Origin: Nitrospirota bacterium
Lineage (GTDB): Bacteria; Nitrospirota; UBA9217
Reading direction: 5' to 3'
Length of the DNA stretch: 64,000 nt
Assembly: GCA_963740085.1 (NCBI GenBank)
Contig: CAVUCU010000007.1
Location: forward strand, 192,001 to 256,000
Part shown: positions 40,571 through 51,554 of the stretch, piece by piece
Layout: each line of letters opens with the position of its first letter
How positions within the stretch are numbered: the first letter of the stretch is position 1
Translations under genes and position numbers: made by a program
Notes under the pieces: model-generated
Told to the model about the DNA's origin: nothing
The model's input: the letters and a program-made list of their open reading frames with translations, nothing else
Databases searched by the model: none

Positions 40571-40600
40571 ATTATACTCTCAAACCATGTCTGTTGTCAA
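40571..40600 (-). promoter_or_regulatory. Sigma-70 promoter of gsp operon
   Basis: TTGACA-18 bp-TATAAT on the minus strand. Confidence 0.65.
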
Positions 40601-40702
40601 TTACTAACAACTTGAGAGTTAAAAGTTTTTCAGCAAATTCAGGTTTCCATGGAGGAACATGAATTATTAGCATAACTAAGGCGTGGTTTTCAATAAAAAA
40701 AT

Positions 40703-42635
40703 TTACAGCCCGGGAAACAACGCATCCAACTCGTGTTTGTCCGCTTTATGCCCATGCATCGCTGCGGCCCTTGCTTCTTTCCATCTCCGCCTCAGCTTCT
40801 TCACATTCTCACCCTTCGCTTCTTTTGCCTTAAGCTTGTTATCGATCACCACAAGGCGGGCCAGCGCATCACGAATGCCTTTCTCGAGGTCCCGGTATTT
40901 CACGGGATCGGACTTCGGAATGGAAAAATCGCCGCTCGTTTTCCAGATATCTCCCAATTTCATCCACGCGGCGAAATATTCTATCTTCCCGCCTTCCATG
41001 AGCTCGATCTTCGACGTTGCCTTGATGTCCCTGACCCACAGGCCATTCTTATCCGCAACTACTTTCTGGCTTCCCGTGAACGGTTCAGCCCCCTGGGAAT
41101 CAAAGTATCGCCACTTCACGCGGCTGACCTGGGTCTCCGAATCGTGACAACTGCCGCACGTGCGTGATTTTCCGAGCGGGTGCGCCACCTGTTCAACCTG
41201 GAGCCATGCGAGATAGTTGTTGTTCCCGCCGGGGAAGCTGAAGGTCCCAAGCTGGACATAGGCATCATGCGTCTCGCCTTTCGGCCAGCGGAAGGTGAGC
41301 CCCGGCCTGGGTGCGATCGTATCTTTGATCCCTCCCGCGCTGTTCGGCCAGATCTTTACCGGCATCCACCTGTTATTCTGGTCCTTGATCAATATCGGCG
41401 GTTCCTGCGGGCCGTAATATAATGAATACTTCTTGAACGGATTCGGCTTGGACAAGATCTTGCCCGGCCCCCACGACGTCATCTCGTATCCGCCGAGAAG
41501 CTTCACGTGGCAGGCTTCACACGCGAGATTTTTGTGCGCACTCACTGCCATGGCCTGCTCGACTTCGATATGACAGTCCTGGCACGTCGCCTTACGCTCG
41601 ATGTGCCCCATGCCGCCGGGTCCGCTTTGGTGGCAGTCGACACATTCGATTTTTTTCGCGACATGCACGTCCTCGGGCAGGCCCGCAGGCTCTGAGAAGT
41701 CTTTGCCGAGATAACTGTCCCCTCTTCTTCTCTCCATCGTTCCCGAATGACAAACAAAGGTGCTCCGGCCCCCGCCGGCGCAATTCGGCGATGGAGGTAC
41801 GCGTTTGAATGCGTGCACCCCCTGCTCACGCGTGGGCGCATAGTGACAGTCAAGGCAACCCACGTGGCAGAGATTGCACGCCTTTTGCTTGGCGATCGCC
41901 TGTTCGTGCGAAAGCGGGAGATTGATCTGTGCTACGATCCTTTTCGTGTTCTCGAAAGAGAACCTGTCTCCTTCCGCCCTGCCGACCGGCTGGGTGTCCG
42001 CGAAGGACGGCCCTCAGTTATTCGGGCCGTGGATATCGTTCCAGACGCGCATTGAGCGCTGCCGGAAGTTCGCGGCCATGATGCTGGTATCGAATTGTTT
42101 CACTTCATCAGGATGGCAGGCCGACTTTCCGCAGGTCCTGGCGGCGATCGCCGGGTCGAAGCCGAGTGTGGTCAGATTTCGATCGTGGTACATCAGTGTT
42201 CCGACGTCGTCGTCCAACTCGCCGTCCGCAAGGCGGGGAAGCATGTTCCGCTGCCGGTCGTCACCTGACGGCAGGAGCTGTTTCACATGACCTTTGCGCG
42301 GGATGACGTTCAGATCATTGTCGAGCACGATAAGTTTGAGCATGCCGGCATGCGCCCTGGCCGGGTCATCGAACAGTCCGTTGCCGAGATGGCAGTCGCG
42401 GCACTCCGTGTTCGGGTGGCGGGACTCCTTCTGCACCTGCTCGCGGGTCATCGCGAGTTCGGGATAGCCCAGTTTTGCCATCCGGGTTTTATCCGCATGG
42501 CACGACACGCACTTGTCGCTCGACCGGTAGTTTGAGTAGAAAGAGATGAAGAGCAGAACGAAGGACGAGCTGGGCGACAAGGATCGCCATGCCTTTTCTG
42601 CTGCCGAAGAATCTCCAGAGTTTGCCGATGGCCAT
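40703..42635 (-). CDS. Membrane-anchored multiheme cytochrome c with in-frame UGA (probable selenocysteine) at 42014-42016
   Basis: ORFs 42014-42652 and 40703-41863 are in one frame and separated only by TGA; 8 CxxCH motifs plus CX4CH and CX9CH; the N-terminal TM needs correction of one extra base near 42563. Confidence 0.8.
41966..42013 (-). promoter_or_regulatory. Bacterial SECIS-like hairpin
   Basis: After UGA: TCCTTCGC..CCC-A-GCC(GGTC)GGC-A-GGG..CGGAAGGA; G-first apical loop 26 nt after UGA. Confidence 0.65.
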
Positions 42636-42751
42636 GAGAAATAAGATACCACAGGCAGGGCATCATGACAATCTTAAAAAGGAACAGGGGGGCGAACAAA
42701 GAGTTAACCCGGCGTCGCGAAGCAGTTGGCGACGAGCAATTAATTTAGCTC

Positions 42752-42837
42752 GTAGGTTGGGCTGAACGGTTCATGCGAAGCCCAACGCATTATACGACAT
42801 ATAAATGTTGGGCAGGAGGATCGTTTGCCCAACCTAC
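42752..42837. repeat. GTAG-family REP doublet (REPIN/BIME-like)
   Basis: GTAGGTTGGGC...GCCCAAC and inverted GTTGGGC...GCCCAACCTAC. Confidence 0.75.
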
Positions 42838-42849
42838 ATAAAATTATGA

Positions 42850-44220
42850 TCAGAACAACCGCTCCATCGCCTCTTCCACGGTCCGCACGCCCATCAGCTC
42901 CATCTTTTTAATTGCAGCGGTTTTCTCCATCTTCTCGACGTTCAGCGCCGGCAGCACGCAACGCGTGAAACCGAGCTTCGCCGCATCCTTAAGACGTGAT
43001 TCGGCCTGACTGATCGCACGCACTTCCCCGGCAAGGCCCACCTCGCCCATCACCACAGTCCCGGCATTGATCGGCTTCTCGCGGAAGCTCGAGGCCACGG
43101 CCGCGATCACACCGAGGTCGATCGCAGGCTCGTCGACCTTCAACCCTCCGACGATGTTCACGAACACATCCATGCCCATGAGGTGCATGCCGACCCGCTT
43201 TTCGAGCACGGCGAGCAGGAGAGAGACGCGGTTGAAATCCACGCCGATGCAGGTCCTCCGGGGCATGGCGAGCTTTGAGGGGGCCACCAGCGCCTGGAGT
43301 TCGGCGAGGATCGGCCTTGTCCCTTCAAGGGAGGAGACCACGACCGAACCTGTTGCGTCGGCGGGTCGCTCGGCCAGGAATATCTCCGACGGGTTGGACA
43401 CTTCCGCCAGACCGCTTTCCTTCATCTCGAACACACCGATCTCGTTGGTGGAACCGAAGCGGTTCTTGACCGCGCGCAGGATGCGGAAGGAGTGCCCCTT
43501 GTCCCCTTCAAAATACAACACGGTATCGACGATATGCTCAAGCACACGCGGTCCGGCAATAGCGCCGTCCTTGGTCACGTGGCCGATGAGGAACGTCGGC
43601 ATGCCGGTGCGCTTGGCGTGGATCATGAGCCTGCCCGAGACCTCGCGCACCTGGCCCACGCTGCCCGGCGCGGACGGCAGCTCCGCGGTGAACATGGTCT
43701 GGATGGAATCGATGACCAGTACCTGGGGTTCGAGTCCGTCCGCCGCGTGGATGATCTCTTCAAGCTGCGTCTCGGCCAATACGTAGAGGTTATCGGTCTT
43801 GACGCCGAGCCGCTGGGCTCGCATCTTGATCTGTGAAGGAGACTCCTCGCCGGATACGTACAGCGCCTTGCCCCGGAGCTCGGATACCTGTCTCAGCATC
43901 TGGAGCACGAGCGTGGACTTGCCGATGCCCGGGTCCCCGCCGATCAGCACCACGGAGCCGGAAACGATCCCGCCGCCGAGCACGCGGTCGAGTTCGCCGA
44001 TCTTCGTAACGAACCGGTCCTCGTCCTTTGCCTGGATCTCTCCCAGGAGGACCGGCTCCGATCCCCCGGAGCGCTTCGCGCTCCCGATGTCCTTGGGTTT
44101 CTCCATGCGCTCCTCGACCATGGTGTTCCATGCGCCGCAGTCGGGGCACTTGCCCATCCATCGGGGAGACTGGGAGCCGCAGGACTGGCAAACGTAAACG
44201 GTTTTGGCTTTCGATTTCAT
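42850..44220 (-). CDS. radA: DNA repair protein RadA/Sms
   Basis: C4 zinc finger, GGDPGIGKST, KNRFG, Lon-like C-terminus. Confidence 0.97.
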   Translation of the reverse strand: MKSKAKTVYVCQSCGSQSPRWMGKCPDCGAWNTMVEERMEKPKDIGSAKRSGGSEPVLLGEIQAKDEDRFVTKIGELDRVLGGGIVSGSVVLIGGDPGIGKSTLVLQMLRQVSELRGKALYVSGEESPSQIKMRAQRLGVKTDNLYVLAETQLEEIIHAADGLEPQVLVIDSIQTMFTAELPSAPGSVGQVREVSGRLMIHAKRTGMPTFLIGHVTKDGAIAGPRVLEHIVDTVLYFEGDKGHSFRILRAVKNRFGSTNEIGVFEMKESGLAEVSNPSEIFLAERPADATGSVVVSSLEGTRPILAELQALVAPSKLAMPRRTCIGVDFNRVSLLLAVLEKRVGMHLMGMDVFVNIVGGLKVDEPAIDLGVIAAVASSFREKPINAGTVVMGEVGLAGEVRAISQAESRLKDAAKLGFTRCVLPALNVEKMEKTAAIKKMELMGVRTVEEAMERLF

Positions 44221-44441
44221 TGAGGCCTTCCTACTTTCTCCGAAAAGAATAAATATTCACCCTCACCTGACCAAGTGAGAGGAATCTATAAGGGACCCTG
44301 CAGCAAGCTGCAGGAAATTGCAAGTTCAATAAATTTCTCCGCGAGCTCTGCGAAGTCCTAAGTGGCCGCTTTTCTTTCATAGGCCACTGCGAGAGACCGC
44401 ATTTCGTAAATCCGAAAACAGAACAATTCTCTTAAAAATAC

Positions 44442-44918
44442 TTACCCGGCCCTGCGCTCGTACCGGACCATTGAATAGGGGAGGATGTCCTCGAATTTTT
44501 TCCGCTCGACCTCCGCGAAATCATCGGGGATATCGGGGAAGAATGCATCGCCGTCAAATTCCTCATCAACGATCGTAAGGTAGATCCTGTCCGCAAGCGG
44601 CATGGCCTCGCGAAACACCGCTTCACCGCCGCAGATGAAGACCTCATCAGCGTCCCCGCAGGCCGTGATCGCTGCCCGCAGATCATTCACGACCGTGCAT
44701 CCTTCAGGCGAATACCCCTGTTGGGTCGAGATGATGATGTTCCTGCGCCCCGGCAGCGGGTGTCCGATGCTCTCGAAGGTCCTCCGTCCCATGATGACAG
44801 GATGCCCCATCGTGATCGCCTTAAACCGTCTGTGTTCCGAGGGCAGGTCCCAGGGCAATTCATTCTCACGACCGATCACCCGGTTTTCCGCCATGGCCGC
44901 AATAATTGAAATGATCAT
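44442..44918 (-). CDS. folA: Dihydrofolate reductase
   Basis: VIG..LPW, IMGRRTFESI, PLPGR, GDAFFP. Confidence 0.95.
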   Translation of the reverse strand: MIISIIAAMAENRVIGRENELPWDLPSEHRRFKAITMGHPVIMGRRTFESIGHPLPGRRNIIISTQQGYSPEGCTVVNDLRAAITACGDADEVFICGGEAVFREAMPLADRIYLTIVDEEFDGDAFFPDIPDDFAEVERKKFEDILPYSMVRYERRAG

Positions 44919-45204
44919 GGTGTGCTGTCTCAGCATCCCCCTCAAGATAATTTTTCAACCTGTTCTCATTACACCATATTTTCCGCGATTCTTCAACCTC
45001 AAAAAAATAATGCTATCTTTTGATCTATTTGTTGTATAATGGTCCGCGTGAGTCTCATACTGGATCTGACATCAGGGCAAATCAGTAAAATATTTACTAA
45101 TTCTTTGGACGTACAAATTCACATGCCGGTCAATTGACTCTTTCGTCAAATTGTGGTATGAGAAGATTGAATATTTCATCTCTCAAGGAACAACTAAGGC
45201 AAAT

Positions 45205-46563
45205 ATGAGAATCAAACTGCTTACCACGCTGAGATTCAAAATTGCGTTCTTTATCATCATCCTGCTTCTTATCACCGCCTCCCTTTTTTCCCTTATTACG
45301 GTCCAGACGATGAACCGGCACATCATGGATGAAGTCATCAAAAGAGCGGAATCATTATGCAAAAGCATGGCGGCCCTGGCCCCCTACAGCATTCTCTCCG
45401 GCGATCTGCTGGGCATAGACAATATCGTCTCTAAGGCAAAGGGTGCGAATACCGACGTGGAATACGCGGCAGTCACCAATGCCGAGATGAAGATACTGGC
45501 CCATACCGATGTTGCCCGGCGGGGGGAGATCTTTGTCCCGTATCCACGCAACATATTCAAAGAGAACCAGGACGGGACCCGCGTATATGAAGTTCAGCCC
45601 GCGTCGGAAAAGTTGATGGAAATTGTCTCTCCCATTCTCTTTGACAACAAACAAATAGGCAGCGTAATTATCGGGATCAACAATTCCGTCCTGTTCCATG
45701 CAAGGGCCGAGACCCGGAGAAAGATCCTGGCCGGGTTCGGTATTACCATGCTTCTGGGCATCGGGTGCATCATTGTGCTGTCTTCCGTCATAACACGGCC
45801 CATCAAGGAGCTTACCAGGGGTGTCGATGAACTCAAGCGGGGAAGACAATCGCGGCTCAGGATCTATTCGCATGATGAACTCGGCAACCTGACTGCGAGT
45901 TTCAACCGGATGACCGAACTGATCACCAGTCAACAGGCTCGGCTTGGCACCTATGCGACAGAACTGGAAGAGGCATATGTTTCCACGGTCACGGTGCTTT
46001 CTGCCGCCATCGATGCCCGCGACCCATATACACTCGGACATTCCACGCGGGTCTCCAAATTGTCGCTGCGTATGGGAGCGGCAATGGGGCTTTCCCGTCA
46101 GGAGCTCGAAGACCTTGAAATCGCCAGTCTCTTCCACGACGTCGGAAAGCTGAAGACTCCCGACTTCGTTTTACTGAAGGATGGGCCTTTGGACCCGCAG
46201 GAGCTCCGCGAAATTGCGAACCACAGCGAGAATGGCGCCGCGATCCTGAGCAGGGCGCGGTCTCTTCAAAAGTTTATTCCGGCAGTCAGACACCACCACG
46301 AATGGTTTAACGGCGAAGGCTATCCCGATGGCCTGAGGGGTGAGGACATCCCTCTCTACGCTGCCATCATTGCGGTCGCTGACGCCTTCGATGCGATGAC
46401 GTCCGCCCGGCCTTACAAGGACGCTCTTTCCCATGAAGAGGCGCTTCAGGAATTGGCCCTTTTTGCGGGGCGGCAGTTCAACCCCCGCCTCGTCGAAGTA
46501 CTTCACCAGGTTATCGAAATCCCCTCCCTGTCCACGGAAAATTTTTCAAGCGAAAAAGGATGA
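45205..46563 (+). CDS. Membrane-bound HAMP + HD-GYP cyclic-di-GMP phosphodiesterase
   Basis: Two TMs, HAMP (DELGNL), FHDVGK, HHHEWFNGEGYPDG. Confidence 0.88.
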   Translation: MRIKLLTTLRFKIAFFIIILLLITASLFSLITVQTMNRHIMDEVIKRAESLCKSMAALAPYSILSGDLLGIDNIVSKAKGANTDVEYAAVTNAEMKILAHTDVARRGEIFVPYPRNIFKENQDGTRVYEVQPASEKLMEIVSPILFDNKQIGSVIIGINNSVLFHARAETRRKILAGFGITMLLGIGCIIVLSSVITRPIKELTRGVDELKRGRQSRLRIYSHDELGNLTASFNRMTELITSQQARLGTYATELEEAYVSTVTVLSAAIDARDPYTLGHSTRVSKLSLRMGAAMGLSRQELEDLEIASLFHDVGKLKTPDFVLLKDGPLDPQELREIANHSENGAAILSRARSLQKFIPAVRHHHEWFNGEGYPDGLRGEDIPLYAAIIAVADAFDAMTSARPYKDALSHEEALQELALFAGRQFNPRLVEVLHQVIEIPSLSTENFSSEKG

Positions 46564-46566
46564 TCC

Positions 46567-47265
46567 ATGCGAGCCCTTAGCCCATTGGCACTGACAATGT
46601 TCTGCGCTTGCCTGCTCGCTTTTGCACCATCGTGCTCGTCTATCCGGGCGTTGTCAAAACCCGCCGGAAACGGAAAAAAGGCGGTCAGTGGTACGGGCAA
46701 ACAGGCCCAGAAGACGGTCGATGAAACGGGCAAACAGGCTCAGAAGACGGTCGATGAATCGGGCAAACAGGCTCAGAAGGCGGTCGACGAAACGGTTATA
46801 CAGGCACAGGTGAATATTGTGGGCGGCGAGTATAAGAAGGCTCTCGAGCTCTACGCGAATACCTATGAAACAAAACATACCCTGGAGATGCGCGATAATT
46901 ATTCCGGAACCGGTGAACAGATCCGGAAGATCGCGGACGCGGCGTTTCAGAGAAAGGATTTCGCCGAAGCCGGGAATATTTACAACACGCTGATCGAAAG
47001 CGGTATTCTTACGCGGGATTTTGCCGATTCGCTGTCATTCAACGAAGATTACCTGATCGGGCAGAAGAAGGCCTGCTCCAAGGCGCTTTTGGAAACGGGC
47101 CTGACGATCTATCGTGGCGGCAAACTTGAGGAGGCGATTTCTATCTGGAAGAAAGCCCTGGTATTCGATCGTGACAACAAAGACATCAAGAGCGCGATCG
47201 AAACTGCGACAACTCAGCTCCAAAACCTGAAAAATATAAAACAAAAGAATTCAGTGACCCCGTAA
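46567..47265 (+). CDS. Putative lipoprotein with 11-aa repeats and TPR-like C-terminus
   Basis: Signal peptide with Cys, (GKQAQKTVDET)x3, EAISIWKKAL. Confidence 0.7.
   Translation: MRALSPLALTMFCACLLAFAPSCSSIRALSKPAGNGKKAVSGTGKQAQKTVDETGKQAQKTVDESGKQAQKAVDETVIQAQVNIVGGEYKKALELYANTYETKHTLEMRDNYSGTGEQIRKIADAAFQRKDFAEAGNIYNTLIESGILTRDFADSLSFNEDYLIGQKKACSKALLETGLTIYRGGKLEEAISIWKKALVFDRDNKDIKSAIETATTQLQNLKNIKQKNSVTP
46693..46791 (+). repeat. 33-bp tandem repeat x3
   Basis: ACGGGCAAACAGGCYCAGAAGRCGGTCGAYGAA units. Confidence 0.9.
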
Positions 47266-47266
47266 T

Positions 47267-47971
47267 TCACGCTTTTCCGTCCAGATACCTCCGTCTTTTC
47301 CCTTCCGGGAACCGCTCGATCGCATATCGCAGCATTGTCCGCGGCATTTTTCTGTAATACTGCCTCAGAAATTCCTCTTCGCGGGGAAGGGAACGCTTGC
47401 CGACCTCGCGCAACATCCATCCCACCGCCTTGTGGAGAAGATCGTGATCGTCCTTCAGAAGGATCTTCGATATCCCGAGCGCATCATCGAAATCGTTCTG
47501 CTTGATAAACGGGAATGTTGCCAATATCGCCATCCGTCGTTTCCACAGGTCCTTTGATCTCGCGAACACATACAGCGGCTTCCTGTTCTTGTCCAGAAGG
47601 TATGCCCCGAGGATGTTCGGCGCCGACAGGTCCACGAGGTCCCAGTTATTAATGTGCTTTGTGTTCGCGAGGTAAAGGCCGTAGATTTTCCTTTTCAGTG
47701 CGTCATCGCCCCCTGAATATGCATGGACCAGCATAAAAAGCGCGAGCAGGCGTTCTTCGTGAACGGTTGAAGAAAGCAGTGTCGTGACCTCGCCAAGCGA
47801 TGCACCATGAAATTCCTTCGCCACCCTCCGGATGTCCGGGACCACGACCCCGAGAAAAATGTCCCCCTCCCCGTACTCACCCGGTCCGGTCTTGAAGAAC
47901 CCCCGAAGGACCTTTGCCTTCTCTCTGCTCGCGAATTGCCGCAAGCGTTTTTGGATATTTTCCGCGGTCAT
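47267..47971 (-). CDS. DNA alkylation repair protein (AlkD-like)
   Basis: FKTGPGEYGEGD, NNWDLVD, HKAVGWMLRE, MPRTMLRYAIE. Confidence 0.88.
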   Translation of the reverse strand: MTAENIQKRLRQFASREKAKVLRGFFKTGPGEYGEGDIFLGVVVPDIRRVAKEFHGASLGEVTTLLSSTVHEERLLALFMLVHAYSGGDDALKRKIYGLYLANTKHINNWDLVDLSAPNILGAYLLDKNRKPLYVFARSKDLWKRRMAILATFPFIKQNDFDDALGISKILLKDDHDLLHKAVGWMLREVGKRSLPREEEFLRQYYRKMPRTMLRYAIERFPEGKRRRYLDGKA

Positions 47972-48132
47972 AGAATTAAGATAGATAGGCGCATATTTCA
48001 TTTGTTAATCATGAGGTAATTAAACAGCATAAGACGTGCATTTTTCACCTACTACTGTTCACCTCGAATTATAGAAATCATTAACGAATTCTGGTTGAAA
48101 CTTTCTAACGATGAATACAGCGCCCTGACCAA

Positions 48133-50704
48133 CTACTTCACCTGGTCCAGTACACTCCGCACCTGCTTTAAAAGCATCATCGGTGAAACAGGCTTAAAAA
48201 CCACCGGCGTCTTGTCCTCAAGCAACAGCCTCTGCCGGATCAAGTCAGGGGCGTAACCGCTTTGGAACAGGATCTTGATATCGGGCTGGATCGCCCTGAT
48301 ACTCGTCATAAGCCTCTTTCCCGGACTTCTTTGGCATGATAATATCGAACAGCAACAACTCGATCCTGTCTTTGTTCTCCTTAAACTTGTTCACTACGTC
48401 CTGACCATCGACCGCAGCGATCACGGTGTAACCGGCCGATTCTAGTATTGCCGTGGTCATAATTCTGACCATTTCGTCATCTTCCGCAAGCAAAATTGTT
48501 TCCGCGCCTCCCTTGTGGCGCTCCTGCACCGGTTTATTCTTCTCTTTCACACTTTCGGAGATGAGCGGCAAATAGATTTTGAAGGTCGTACCCTGGCCCA
48601 GTTCGCTGTAAACATTGATGAAACCTTCGTGCTGTTTGATGATGCCGTATACAATTGCAAGCCCCAGTCCGGTGCCTTTTCCTACCCCTTTGGTTGTGAA
48701 GAAGGGCTCGAAGATATGCTCCCGGGTGACCGCATCCATGCCTTTGCCCGTATCTGATACGGTGATCAACCCATAGATGCCAGGCTTGCCGTATCCATGG
48801 ATGGAGATAAACACTTCATCCAGACGCGCCTCCTCTGTGGCAATAGTGAAGGTGTCTCCCGTTGCCATTGAGTCGCGAGCGTTCGTTGCCAGGTTCATCA
48901 GGACCTGCTCAAGCTGATGGGCATCGCCGAAAATCGGCAATGCTGACTCAAAGAGCACTGTTCTGCATTCAACATCCTCACCAATGACCCGCTTCAGGAA
49001 TTTATCCACCGTCCGGATGATCTCATTCAGGTCCACGGGCTTTCGTTCGCTGATTTGTTTTCTGCTGAACAGGAGGAGGCTTTGCGTCAAACGTGCGGCC
49101 CTTTCCCCAGCCTCGAGTATTTGCTCGATGTTCTCGCGATGGGGATCGTCTTTTGCCATCTTCATGAGGGCAATGTTCCCGTAGCCGATGATAACAGAAA
49201 GGATATTGTTGAAATCGTGGGCAATACCGCCGGCTAGGGTGCCGATCGATTCCATCTTCTGAGCATGGCGAAGCTGTTCTTCGAGTTTCTGCTGGTCCGT
49301 GATGTCGCGGAAGATACCGAGGAGGCACTGCTTTCCGCCCAAAGTCACAGACGTGGAACTGATGTCCACATAAAAGAGCGACCCATCCTTTCTCAACATC
49401 GGGACCTTGAGCTCACGCGTGATCTCTCCGCGCACCTGTTTTTGAAAACTCTCTGAGATGGCGGGCAGTTCCTCTTTCGGATGAATATCATCAATACTCA
49501 GGCCAACGATCTCGTCACGTGTATAACCGAGCATTATGCACATGGCCTTATTTGCCTCAATAAAATTCGTGGTCTCCGCGTCGGCGATCAGGATTCCGTA
49601 GGTCGCCTGTTCGAATATGGACCGGAACTTTTCTTCGCTTACCTGAAGTGCCTCTTTCGCTTGCTTGCGAACGGTAATATCGTGGGCAACATAGACCGTA
49701 CCTATCGGAATGCCACGATCGTCCGTCACCGCGGATACCGATACGATAACATCGAATCGCTTTTCGTTCTGCCGGGCCAGACCATCTCCCGGGCGAGGGT
49801 ACGCTCTTCTGCCCGGACTGCGACGCTGGATCCGTTGGGAATACGAATAATGGATGTCAGCTCTTCACCGAGGAGATCGGATTTTTTATTCCCAAGCATC
49901 TCCAGGGCAGCGCGATTGATCAGCCGTATCTTCCCCTCGAGGTCGATGACTATTACGGCCCCATCCATGGTCTCCAGAATCTGGTCGGCGACCAGCTCCG
50001 GCGTAATGTCAACGAGCCGGTATTGTATGACCACATAAGAGCAAATCACAACAAAGATAAACAGGGGGACATAACCGAACGGATAAACTGGAACGCCCAG
50101 CGCGGGGAGAAAGTCAACCGCTCCCACATAGGCAATGCTGAAGGCTATAAGCAGCCTCTGAACCGTTTTTTGTGCAGCTCGTTCGTGCTGAGTCGGTATT
50201 CCTGCCAGTAGAGGCGAAGGGTGAGGACCATGATAAAGAAGAAAAAGCCGATAAACACGAACCCCAACAGCCATACTGTACGAAATTGCCCCAAAAGAAT
50301 CGGGCGCTTCCGCGTACATGCAAATCCGTGAAGATGACCCCAAAGGCAAGGAGCGTTGACAAAACGATGCTTGCTGCGATGGTGAAACGGAAACGATGGA
50401 ACAGGCCAAGGCGGGCTACGGTAAACAAAAGCACGGTAGTGGGGATGAAGACAGAGCCGAGTTGAGAGATCCGGATCCAGAGAAGTGATAGGCCATCATT
50501 ATGGCTTGCATAGTTTACACCGGTCGCTGATAGATAGAGGCTGGTGCTCAGGCCCATGAGGAGGAACAACATCCCGATAAGGGAACCATGCTCTCGGACC
50601 AGGACAAAGAGCCCCAGAAGGGCAATCGAAACACCAACGACGAGCATAGGCACTGCATAACCATTCAGACTGTAGTTCGCGGGATTTAGTATCTGCAGGA
50701 TCAT
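48133..50704 (-). CDS. Hybrid sensor histidine kinase (multi-TM input, 2 PAS, HisKA, HATPase, REC), with several frameshifts
   Basis: Fragments 50114-50791, 49726-50409, 48245-49729; GGIAHDFNN, GTGLGL, DIIMPK; true C-terminus ...FKPVSP...DQVK-stop at 48133. Confidence 0.8.
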
Positions 50705-51044
50705 GCATTCCTCATCATGTTCAATTTGAAAACAAACGGATAGCAGGATAGGGATCAGTAAAGAACTTCGCCTATAAAGAACCTGAACCAAAGCACAAGA
50801 GGCCAGTAAGGAGCAAAACGACCATGAAACGGGAAAAGAGGCACTTCATAGCTCGGCTCATTCTGCCCCACGTGTTGGAATAACGCAATGCCAAATCAAA
50901 TTATAGCAAAGTTTTTCAGCTACTTCTGATTATGTCGTATCCACAAAATTATTCCAGTTTAACCGGATAAAGACTCGTCAATTTTGTTATATGCACTCCT
51001 CCAAACCATCAGAAGGCTACACATAACGGGAAGGAGCTGCGTCT

Positions 51045-51434
51045 TTATTTCGCACTCTTATTTCCCTTCAGCTTCTTCGCAGCGTTTTCGGCAACCTGGA
51101 ACTTCACAATCTTTGTGATCAGCTTTAGCGGGATCGGCTGGTCAATGGGGAACTGAACCGACCCCTTCGCATGCTTGTACTTCTTGAAATCATCTTGAAA
51201 TTTGGCAATTCCGCTCGATGTCGGATAGAATCCGATATGGTTTTTGAAAGCGGCGAACGATACAAGATTGCCATTGTAGGAGAAAGATGGTATTTGATAA
51301 CTAATCTTTTCCGTAGCTTCCGGGGCCGCCTTCTTGATGGTGGCCCGTATTTCCGAGAGTATGCGCTTCACATTATCAGGGAATCCTTCAATGTATTGAT
51401 CGATTGCTGTTAGTTCGTTGGTTTTCGCATTCAC
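51045..51434 (-). CDS. DUF1801 (YdhG-like) protein
   Basis: IDQYI, EKISYQIP, FAAFKNHIGFYP, KGSVQFP. Confidence 0.85.
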   Translation of the reverse strand: MNAKTNELTAIDQYIEGFPDNVKRILSEIRATIKKAAPEATEKISYQIPSFSYNGNLVSFAAFKNHIGFYPTSSGIAKFQDDFKKYKHAKGSVQFPIDQPIPLKLITKIVKFQVAENAAKKLKGNKSAK

Positions 51435-51554
51435 TTGGAACTCCTTGTCGTGCCCAATAAGGGGATCACTATTTCCCCTCGATGTAACGACTCCACTATT
51501 CTATTTCAAAAATGCAGTGTTGCAATGAATGGAAGCACTGCAGACTACAGTCAA

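Noticed and set aside
45074-45130. c-di-GMP-I riboswitch before the HD-GYP gene (AGGGCAAA...GGACGTACAAA)
   Set aside because: Only fragments resemble the motif; no GNRA-capped P2 or convincing P3 or P1. A cmscan search would settle it
48133-50704. Three separate genes or a split signalling system
   Set aside because: The fragments join into one ordinary hybrid kinase after single-base corrections
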